Shown here: positions 13,273 through 23,498 of the stretch, piece after piece
Numbering within the stretch: position 1 is the stretch's first letter
How the letters are laid out: the number at the start of each line of letters is the position of its first letter
Assembly (NCBI GenBank): GCA_014905635.1
Contig: JABVCE010000011.1
Span: forward strand, 372,001-436,000
Source of the DNA: Scenedesmus sp. PABB004
Lineage: Eukaryota
DNA length: 64,000 nucleotides
Direction of reading: 5' to 3'
Program-made: the position numbers and the translations under genes
The notes under the pieces: model-generated
Database searches by the model: none
What the model was told of the DNA's origin: nothing
The model's input: only the letters and a program-made list of their open reading frames with translations

Positions 13273-15981
13273 ATGCCGCACCAGACCTGCCTGGCCGCGC
13301 TCCTGACGCTGCTGCTGGCCGTGCACACCGCCATCGCCCGCCAGGAGCCCGACGCTCGCTCCGCAGCGCCGTCAGGTGCGCTTGTGGCGGGACGCGCGGC
13401 AGGTTACGCGAGCAGGCCACGATCGGAGGGCGCCGCGCGGCGCGCCAGTGATCGTCACGAGCTCGCTGGCTGACGGTTCCGCGCGGCCTCCGCCCGCCAG
13501 GGCTCGCCGACCTGCCGCTGGGCGCGCCCATCGAGGGCCGCTATGTCGTGATGTTCAAGCGCGAGGCGGGGGCCGCCCCCGCCGCCACCACTCGGTGAGG
13601 ACGCGCGCAGCGCGGGGGCCGCGCCGGCGCCGCGGCGGCGGCGCCGCGCGGGCGGGCGTCACCGGCCGGGCGCTGCTCACCTCTGCCGCGCCGCGTCGTC
13701 CCCCGACCCCGCGCCGCAGGCTGGCGCAGCACGTCGCCGCCGCCGCAGCAGCAGCGCCCACGCTGCGCGGCGTCGCCGCCGCGGCGTCCAGCAGCGCGGC
13801 GGGCGCGCCCGGCTTTGTCGTGGTCGGCAGCCTGCAGCGCGACCAGGAGGACGGCGCCGCCCGCAGCGCCGCCGCAGCCGGCGCAGCGGCGCCGCGTGGC
13901 GCGCAGGGCATCGTGGTGAGCGCCAGCAAGCAGGTCGCGGCGGTCATGCAGACCTCCAGCGACGTCGCGGCGGTGTTTGCGGACCGCGTCATCGGCGTGC
14001 AGGGTGCGCGGCGGGCGCGGCGGGCCCGGCGGCGGCTGACCCAGCGCTGCAGCCCGCGCCGCGCAGGGGCAGGCCCGCGGCAGCTGCGCGCGGCCCTCGC
14101 CCTGACGCCTGCCGCGCCGCCGCCGCCGCCGCCGCCGCCGCTGCCGCGCAGCCCGCGCCGCGCCGGCCGCCTGCGTCGAGCCGCAGACGCTCGAGCAGGG
14201 CGTGTCGCTCGCGGCCGCGTCGGCCCCGCGCTTCAAGTGGCCGGGCTGCATCGTGCCCGGCGCGCGGCTGGTCTACAAGGGCGCGCGCTGCGACGCCAGC
14301 TCAGACCTGGTGCAGTACAGCGAGGTCGCCGCGGTCAACGCCGCCGGCAGCGTGCTGCGCTCCGCCTCGGCGGGCGCGCCCTGCGTGCTGCGCAGCAGCA
14401 CGCGCGCGACGTGGACGCGCCAGCGCTTTGGCGGCTGCGGCGCGGCGCCGCTGTTCGTGGCGTCGCTGCCCACGCGCGTGTGCCCCACGCGCTCCGGCGG
14501 CGGCTTTGTGAGCGGCAGCCCGCCCCCGAGCCCCAGCCCCAGCCCCAGCCCGAGCCCCTCGCCCAGCCCGGCGCCGGAGCTGCCGACGCCCGGCGTGTCG
14601 CCCTCGCCCCCGCCCCCGGCGGCGACGGCGCAGCTGCCGCGCGTGCCGCTCGCGGCCGACGAGTTTGTGCCCACCGGCGTCGCGCGCATCGAGGCGGCCA
14701 GCGCCGCGACCGGCGCGGTCAGCCTCGCGGGCCTCCCGACCGAGCAGCAGCTCGTGGTGGGCATCATCGACTCCGGTGCGCCCCGCGCGCGCTCCAGCAG
14801 CGCGCCGGCGTGCGCGCGCGCGCGCGCCGAGGGCCGCCGCAGGGCGCTCACCCGCTCTGCCGCCGCCGCGACAGGCGTCGACTCGACGCACCCCGACCTC
14901 AACTTCGCGCCTGAGGCCAGCCGCAGCTTTGTCACCGGCGACACCGAGCCGGGGGTTGATGCATACGGTGAGCGCCCGACGCGCTCCCCGCGCCGCCTGC
15001 GCCGCGCCGGGCGCCCCGCACCCCGCGCGCCGCGCCGCCGCACGAGCTGACCGCCGCCGCCGCCGCCGCCGCCGCGGGCGCCAGGGCACGGCACGCACGT
15101 CGCGGGCATCGTCGGCGCGTCGAACAACGGCGCGGGCGTCGTCGGCGTCTCGCCCGGCGTGCGCCTCGCGTCGCTCAAGGTCCTCGACGCCGCGGGGCGC
15201 GGCACGCTCTCGAGCATGCTCGCCGCCGTGACGTGGGCGACGAGCGCGGAGGGCGCGGCCGCCGGCATTCGCGTGATCAATCTCAGCCTCGCTGCGTACG
15301 TGGCGCCCGACAGCGCCGACGCCGCCGCCGTCACGGGCGCTGTGTGCGCGACCTTCCAGGCGGCCAGCGACGCGGGTGCGGCGCGGCGCGCGAACGCGGC
15401 GGCGCGTCGCACGGCGCCGCGGCGCGTCGTGCCGGCACCGCGCGCGCGGCGCCTGACGCCCGACGCGCCCGCCCCGCCGCCGCTTCCCCCTTGCCCCCCG
15501 CCGCGCAGGCATCGTCGTCGTCGTCGCCGCCGGCAACTACGGCGCCGACCTGACCTCCGGATACCTGCCGGCGGGCTGCCCCTCGGTGATCGCGGTGACC
15601 GCGGTGGACGAGGCCGGGGCGTCGCCGGCGATGTTCTCCAACTGGCTGCCCGACTCGGCCGGCCCCGACGCCAAGGCGCGCGTGCTCGCGGCGCCCGGGA
15701 CGAGCATCCGCAGCACCGTGTCGTTCGCGCGCGACCCGAGCGGCTACAAGACGCTCTCGGGGACGAGCCAGGCGAGCCCGCACGTCGCGGCCGTCGCGGC
15801 CAACTGCCTCATGGCCGGCGCGTGCGCGCGCGGCGCGCCGGGCGCGTCCGCCGCGGGCGTGCTGCAGGCCGCCGCCGCGGCGCGCCTCGCGCGCGCGGGG
15901 CCCGCGTACGGCTTTGCCGGCGACGCGGCCAGCACCGCCAACGCCAAATTCTTCGGCCTCCTAGCGCACGCCGCGTTCTGA
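13273..15981 (+). CDS. Secreted subtilisin-like serine protease (peptidase S8), paralog of 9635-11989, with an extra Cys-containing domain and (SP)n linker
   Basis: Signal peptide MPHQTCLAALLTLLLAVHTAIA and prodomain RYVVMF. Catalytic motifs VVGIIDSG/VDSTHPDL, HGTHVAG, AAGN and SGTSQASPHVA. Stop at 15981. Confidence 0.92.
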
Positions 15982-17793
15982 ACGACGCGCACGCGCGCGC
16001 CGCGAGAGCTGCCCGCCCTGACCGCGGCGCGCCGTGCCGTGCACGGCACGCCCCAGGGCTGCGCCCGGCCCCGCGGGGCGATTGCCCCCAGGGGCTGCGC
16101 GCGCTTGGTTGGTTGACCTGGTTTGCCCTCCCTCCCTTGCCTGACGCGGGCGCGCCCGCCCTGGCGTGCCGCGCGGGCCGGCCGCACGGCCAGGCCCCGC
16201 GCAGCGCGGCTGGGCGCGCGCGCCAGCCGCGGCGCGCTCGTCGGGTCATGCCTTGGGCCTCGCTTGCACCCAGCACTGCCGCACCGCACCGCCAGGCGCG
16301 GCTGGCCTGCCTGCCTCCCGCGCCCCGCTGGTGTGCTTGCCGAGCGCGTCCACCCAGCAGCAGTGGCAACCCAGCTGCAGGCGTGCGCGAGCGTTTTTGA
16401 GTGCCCCGTTGGACTTGCCTGTACAACACCAACCAGCCTTGTGAGGACGCCGCCGACGGACGTGAGCTCCCCCCGCGCCCCGCCTGGGCCCCTGCATGCC
16501 TTGCGCGCGCATTCCTGGGGCGCGGCGCGCGCGCCGCGCCCCCACCACTGCAAGGTGCCCGTCCCTGTTTGTGAGGGACTCTGGGTCTGTCAGACTGTCC
16601 CTTCTCTTTGTGCCTTGTGCTGAGGGCTCTCTCTCCCTGAGGGGGGTTGGCGCGTGCGTGCGTTGATGATGATGATGATGCTGGCGAGGGGATGGGTGCT
16701 CACAGGCGCAGACACACGCGGCCGCCGCGCGGCGGCGCGGCCCAGCGGCGAGCGCGGGGCGTGGCCGCCCCCGGGCCGCCCCCGCGAGCCGCCGCGCGCC
16801 GCGCCGCGCCGGCGGAGCGCAAGCGCGCCGGCTACCGGGGCCGGGGGTGGCGCCCCGCAAGCGGGGCGGGCCGCGCAGGCCCGCCCGCCGCCGGCGCCGC
16901 CCCCTCGTGTGTGCGACGACAGCACGGTGATGGGCATTGCTTTGCGCGCCATACCTTCCTTTCTTTTCCACGCCCGTCAGCCACAGGTTGCTGCCCCCGC
17001 ATTCCTGCCCCCACGTCCCGTCCCGGCCTGGCGCTAGAGGGGTGATTCGGTGATCGGCAGGATCGGCAGGGGCTCGGGATGGGGCGGTAGGCGCTTTGGC
17101 TTTGCTTTGGCGCCTGAGCACGCGCACGCTTCACCTCGCACACTTGCCACCTCTTGGAGGTGCTGGCCTCAGCACGGGCGGCGGCGGCGCTCACGGCGCT
17201 CGTTGCACCCGCGCACATGCTCGCCCATTCCTTTTGGCCCATCCCTGCGTCGACCGAGGGTGGTGGGCAGCGACGCCCATGCTGCGACGTAATGGCGATT
17301 CAAGATGCTAGATGCACCACGCGCGATTCATCCCTCATTCCTCAACCGCGACCGCACCGGGGCAGCGCTGAGTGCGCTCGCTGCACGATCATCCCTTTTT
17401 TTCCGCGTTTGGTCAACCCAACCCTTCTCTGTCTTCTGCTGCCTGGCTGCGGGGGCGACGGCTGCTCGGCCAGAGGGCGCTGTGTGTCGCACCCGGGTGC
17501 ACTGCCGACGCGTCTCGCACACAATGTGCGAGTGTGTCACAGCGGCACGCGGCGCCGCAGATTGCGGCGACGATTCAACTGCACCTCTGCCTGCAGCGCT
17601 GTGCCTGCGCACGCGCGGCGCGGCGGCACGAAATGTGCCGCACGCGCGTCGCGGCGGCACGAAATGTGCCGACCACCTGAATGGATGAGACGGGAGCTGC
17701 AGCTGGAGACCGCATGGCCGGCCAGCCGCCGGCTTTAGAGCCTTGTAAGTCATCATCAGTCCACAGCCTTTACAAGCAGCAGCGCACGCGCAG

Positions 17794-19232
17794 CTACTGC
17801 ATCTCGTCGCTGTCGCCGCCGCTGCGCTCTGCCTCGCCGTCGTCGCTGCCCGCCGCAGCGTCGAGCAGCGTCTGCCGCATCAGCCCGCGCAGCTGCAGGC
17901 AGCCGCCCATGGCGAGCTCCAGGCCCTCGCGCACCTGCGCGGCCGACCAGCAGCCCGTGAGCTGCATCTGCATCACCTGCGCGCGCCGGGCGGCGGGGCG
18001 GCTCAACGCGGCGGCGGCGGCAGCGGCGGCGGCCGCGGCGGCGGCGGCGGCGGCGCAGCGCGAGCCTTGGGCGCCGCAAGCGCCGGGTGCGCCAGCCCGC
18101 CACCGCGCCTGGTTGGCCGCCGCCGAGTACGCCACCAGCAGCGCGCCCGCCTGCTGCGCGGCCTCGTGGGGCACCGGGTCCAGCAGCAGCTGCCCGTTGA
18201 TGAGAGCCTGGCGGCACGCGGCCGGGCCGCGCGTGGGCGCGTGAGCGCGGGCGGCGCAGCGCGGCGGCGCCGGCGGCGCCGGGGCGCGGCCCGCCCCGGC
18301 CGCACCACCGAGCACGCCGGCAGCAGGTCCGTCTGCTCGATGCCCGCGTCCGCCAGCGCCGCGCTCGCGGCGCAGATGCTCGCGGCAAGCTCGCCGCCGT
18401 CTGCCTGCATTACCAGCACCGCCACGTCCACGGCGGCCTTGGGGAATGTTGTCACGTCCACGACGCCCGCCAGCGCGGTCGACAGCATGCCGCTCAGCTC
18501 CTTGCAGGACGCGCGCTGCGGCACACGACGGCGGCACGCGACGGCGGGAGCGGCGGCGGCGGCACGCGGTGGCGGGAGCGGCGGCGGCGGCGGCGCGGTC
18601 GTAAAGCCGCCGCCGCCCTCCGCGCGCCGCCGCGCGCCGCGCGCCGCCGCGCGCGCGCGCACCTGCGCCTGCTTGCCCCGCAGCGTCTGCGCCATGGCCG
18701 TGTAGCTGAGCTCGCAGTTGATGCGGCCGCGGTCGCTGAAGCCAAACCGCCGCTCGCTCGGCCGAGGACCATACCTGCGCGGCGGGGGCGCCGCCGCGAG
18801 CGTCGCGCGCCGCCCGTGGCTGCTGCGGCTGCTGGGCCGCCTGCCGCCGCCTGCCTGCCGCCGCTGCCGGCGGCCGCCGCGCGACGAGCCCCGCTCGCGC
18901 GGCTGCGGCGGCGGGCGGGCGCTCACACGGCCGCCATGACTTTGGTGCCGCCCAGCTCGATGTAGGCCGAGCCGGCGGCCCTGGTGACGACCTGCGTGTC
19001 GACGACTGCGCGCGCAGCGGCGGTGGGCAGCAGCGGCGGCGCCCGCGGCGGCCGGGCGGCGCGCGTTGCGCAGCGGCGCCGGCCTGCGCGACGCGGCCCG
19101 CCGTCGGCGCTCACAGACGCTGCGGAACTCCTCGTGGCCGCGGCCGTCCAGGCGCGCGCCGTCGGCGAAGAGCGCCATCGGCAGCGGCAGCGGCGCCAGC
19201 GGCACCGACTCTGGCGCTGCGACCGCCGCCAT
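17794..19232 (-). CDS. RRP41L: RNA exosome core subunit, RNase PH-like (RRP41-like/MTR3)
   Basis: Motifs RLDGRGHEEFR, AAGSAYIELGGTKVMAAV|YGPR, GRINCELSY, FPKAAVDVAVLVMQADGG and AASAALADAGI follow plant RRP41L/MTR3. Confidence 0.88.
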
Positions 19233-20893
19233 TGCGCGCCACGCCACGACCGGGCGGCCAGGCAGACGCACTGCGAGCGGCGGTGCTGCGACGCCCCAGC
19301 GGGCTGCGGCGGCCGCCGCTGGTGCTGCTGCTTGCGCACTGCAGGCGGCGCGTGGTGCTCGCCAGTGCTGCCTGCCTAGCAGGGAAGCAAGGAAGGGCCG
19401 CTACTATATTACCGCGGCGAGAGGGCCCGCGCCGCGCCAAGCATCGACGGATCGCCGGCGAGCAACGTGTGTCGTGACGACATGACAGCTCAAGTGGGCA
19501 AGGTCGACAAGCACCCCACCGGTGTTTTGGACGAGGGTGAGGGAGGAGTTCAGCTGGGAGCCTCAGTCCCACAGCCCACCGGCCGGAGCGCCAGCACGCG
19601 CAGGCAGTGCACCACCATCATGCCTTCCAAGCTCTGACGCGCCGCCGCCGCCGCGCACAGCGGCGCCCGCGAGCGGGAGCGACACGCAAGCGCCGGCGCG
19701 CGCGGCCAAGAGCAAAGCCCTGGGCTTTTTTCTTTGTGTTCTTCAACCAGTTGCTGACGCGGTTGACGTCATCCGTGCAGCACCGACAGACGCGGCATCA
19801 ACTGCATGGCAGACCGCGCAAGCGACGGCGCCTGAAAAGCAAAGCCTGTCCTGCCGCCAAGCCCTCGCCCGTGTGACCGCATCCCGTGCGCCGGACTGGT
19901 TGAAAGCGGCGGGGACCACGGTTCTGGGTGGCCCCCGCCGCAAACCGCGCCCGACACACAGCTGGAAGCCCCGGGGGCTCGCGCACAGCGGCGCCGCCAA
20001 GTGTGTGCAGCACCAATGCCGACAGCGTGTGTGCGCAGCGTGCACGTGGTTTTCCCGCCGACTGCGTTGGTTGGTGTGTGGTGGTGGTATGGGTGTATGT
20101 GTGCGGGCGCGCCTCCCACGACCCGCAAGGTGATATCCTTTGATACTGTGGACAGTGCGTGTTCGTGGTGGTGACGCAAAAGCAAAAGCAACGGCCCCCT
20201 CTGTCTCGCCGCCGCAGCAAAGGCACGGGCAGAGGCTGACGGCGCGCAGGCGGGCCACCGTGGTGGTGGCCCACGTTCTGGGGGCGGCTGCCGGCGCCGC
20301 AGTCAAAGCACGCCGGGCCCGAGCAAAGCCCACATCCGCACACAAACCAGCGTTGACCAACCAGGGTTCCAGACATGGCGCCAGCGGCATGCGGCGCAGC
20401 AGCAGACGCCGCGGCGGCGCGCCACGCCATAGCCACCAAGTGGTGAGCAGCCTCCCGTGCGTGGCCGCCGCTGTTCATGCAATGCTGTGCCTGCGCCGCC
20501 GCCCCGCGTGCGCCGCGCTGCGTGCGCGGCAGCGGCAGGAGCAGGGGCGGCAGGCTCCGTGCGCAGCTGCGACCACTCTGCCGCGCATGCACTCAGGCGC
20601 GATCCACGCGCGCGCCGCTCGCGCGCATGACTCAGGCGCGGCATGCAACCCAAGCGTCCTGGGCAGCAGCAGCAAGACGTGCTGCAGCAGCGAGTGCAGT
20701 GCCGCCACACAAATGACCGAGAGCGCAGCAGGCGCGCGCCCGCCGCCCGCGCGGCCGACGCGGCGCGCCGAACGCGGGAGGGGGTTTCCACCAGCAGTTT
20801 TGTTGGCGCCGCGTTGGCACCACCCCGCAGGGCAAAAGAAAAAAGAATGCCGGGGGCGCCGCTGAGGGCGCGTCTGTGGAGCGCGGCGGGCGC

Positions 20894-21475
20894 TCACCAG
20901 CCGCCCCGCTCGTGCGGCTGCTGCGACGGCGGCATGCCCGGCAGGGCTCCGCTGTGGCCGCCGAGCACGCCGCGAGGCGCCAGACCGGGCTCGCCCGGGC
21001 CAAGCAGGCCGCCGTGCAGCGCTGCGTGCGCGCCCGGGCTCACGAGGCCGCCCACGTCCAGCTGCTGCGCGCCCGGTGGCAACCCGCCGCTGCCGCCGCC
21101 GGCGCCGCCGCCAGGCAGCACGAGGTGCCCTGGCGGCGCGCCGGCGCCGGGCGCGTACGCCGCCGGCGGCCGGAAGCCGCCCGCCGCGCCGTAGCTGGCG
21201 TACGCGTGGCCCCAGCCCTGCTCCATGGGGCTCGGAATGTAGACCAGCGGCGGCTGCGGCGCGCCCGGCGGCGCGCCGTACGGGGCCGCCTGCGGGCCGC
21301 TGCTGGGCGGCAGGACCATGACCACCTGCTGCTGCCCCCGCCGCCCGCCGCGTGCGGCGGCGGCAGCGCGTCGCCAGGCCACGCCTCCACGCCGCCGGGC
21401 TCGCTCGCGCGCGGCGCCATGGGCGCGGGCGTGACCACGAGCTGCGAGAACTGCTGCACCACGCCCGCCAGCGGC

Positions 21476-21516
<41 letters not shown>

Positions 21517-22658
21517 CGGCACGACGACGACCGCGCCGCTGGGCAGCTGTGCGTCCGGCGAGTAGAAGCGCCCCGGCAGCTGCCCCGGGTGCGCGTACTG
21601 CTGCTGCACGCCGGGCGGCGGCGCGCCCACGTACGACAGCGGCGGGTAGCCGGGCCCGGGCCCGGCGCCGCCGCTGGGCGTGAGGGCCACGCCCTGCTGC
21701 AGCAGCAGCTGCGGCGCCGGCGCCTGCTGCACATAGCGCACCCCGCCGGGGGGCAGCACGCCCCCCAGCGGCACGCACGCCGACTGCAGCAGGCCGGCGC
21801 CGCCGCCGGCCGGCGCGCGGCCGCCGCCGCCGCCGCCGCTGCTGCTGGCGCGCTTGCCGAGCCCGGCGGCGGCCTCGTCCGGCGCGGCGGGCTTGAGGCC
21901 CGCCGGCAGCGGGCGCAGCTCCACGTCATTGTGCGCAAAGAAGCACACCGGGCGGCTGCAGCGGACGCCCTTCTCGCACATGCTCGTCCGGTAGCGGTTG
22001 GGGTGCAGCCAGAACTCAAACGCGCTGTGGCTGCACTGGCAGTCCTCGAGCCGCGGGCACACCTTTTTCTGCGCGCGCGGGCGCGGGCGCGGGCGGCGAC
22101 GGCGGCTGAGCGGCGAAGCGCGGCCGCCGGCGCGCCGCGCCCGCGCGCGACCCGGCGCGCGCGTGCGCACGCCGCCGCCCGCTCACCGCGCGGACCTCCG
22201 GGCAGAGCAGCGCCTGGTAGCGGCTCGGGTGGCGCCGCCGCGCGACGTCGCCCGGGTGCGCGTAGGGGCAGCTCCCGCGCGGGTGCTTGTCGGCGCGGCT
22301 GCACAGCTCCACCTGCGCGGCGCGCGGCGCGCGCGCGCGCGCGCGCGCAGGCGCGGGCGCGTCGGCGGGCGCGGCCGCCCCGCCGCGGCGCGGGCGCTGC
22401 AGGCTGCCGCCGCGCGTTCCTGCGAGCGCGGCGCGCGCCCAGGGCCGCTGCTGCGCTGCGCACCTTGTACGTGAACATCATAAACTCATCAGGGTAGCCG
22501 TAGTTGCGCGCCCCCGGCACCGGCGCCACCGTGCCGGCCTGCTCGCGCTGCTCCGCCGCGGCGCCGGCCGGCTGCTCGCCCGGCGGCGCCTGCTGCTCCG
22601 CGCCGGGCCCGGCCGCCTCGCCGGGCCCGCCCGCGCCTGGCGCGTCCAGCTCCTCCAT
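20894..22658 (-). CDS. Tandem CCCH zinc-finger protein (plant TZF-like), with one apparent 1-nt frameshift near 21335
   Basis: DEFMMFTYK|VELCSRADKHPRGSCPYAHPGDVARRRHP, CPEVRA|KKVCPRLEDCQCSHSAFEFWLHPNRYRTSMCEKGVRCSRPVCFFAH. The C-terminus is Gly/Pro/Gln-rich. Confidence 0.9.
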
Positions 22659-23498
22659 GGCGGCCTCACCGCGCTGGCCAGGCGCGCGCGCAGCACATCA
22701 TGCGGCCAGGACGCGGCGGCGGCGGGCCTGCAGCAGACAGCGGCGGCGGCCGGTTATCAGGTCATGCGCCGGCCCAGCGGGCGCCTGCCAGCGGTCTCAG
22801 CGGCACCTCCGACCAACCGGCGGCCGCGTCCGGCCGGGCGGGCGCCCGTTCCGGGGGGCGCTAGGCATCCGATGGGCATCATCACCGAGGGCCCCCCTCG
22901 TACGATAACGCCCACCGCCGGCCCGGGCGCCCAACCCCGCGCGTCCGGGCCACCACTGACACGCCAACGCTCACCCTGCAGGCCGGGTTACGCCGCGGCG
23001 GGTGCTGCTGCTGCCGAGTTCGCCCGCCGGACGCCGTTGTCGCGCCCGCCGTTGTCGCGCCCGCCCCGCGCCGCCCGCGCCAGACGTTGAGCGAGTCGGC
23101 GCGGAAGCAAGTCGTGCCGGGGACGGCGCTGCCGAGCGGCGCTGCGAGCGTGGCTGCTAGCGCCGGCTGCTCGCTGTCGCTGCTGCTACCGCGTGAGCGG
23201 GCGTGCCGCCCCTAGCCGAGCCTCCTGTGCGACTGGGGGACGGCGCCGGCCGGGAGAGCCTGTGCGTAACACACCTGGGTGACAAAGACCGATCGGGCGC
23301 CAGCAGCGGCAACCCAGGTGCTCGCGTCGCCGTCGCCAAAGCGGAGGGCGCGGCGCCGGCGCCGGCCGCCGGTGCCGACGTCGCGCCGCAGTGCCGTCGG
23401 CGGCAGTCTCGCGCGGTGACGCTCGCGCGCCGGCGCTCCACCAACTCCTTCCCCGCTCTACACACACTCCCGGCGCCTACTCACTCACAACCTCACCA

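Noticed and set aside
19400..20860. ORFs in the interval between RRP41L and the TZF gene (e.g. 19522-20133)
   Set aside because: No recognisable motifs, non-ATG starts and no convincing exon structure, so the interval is treated as intergenic or UTR.
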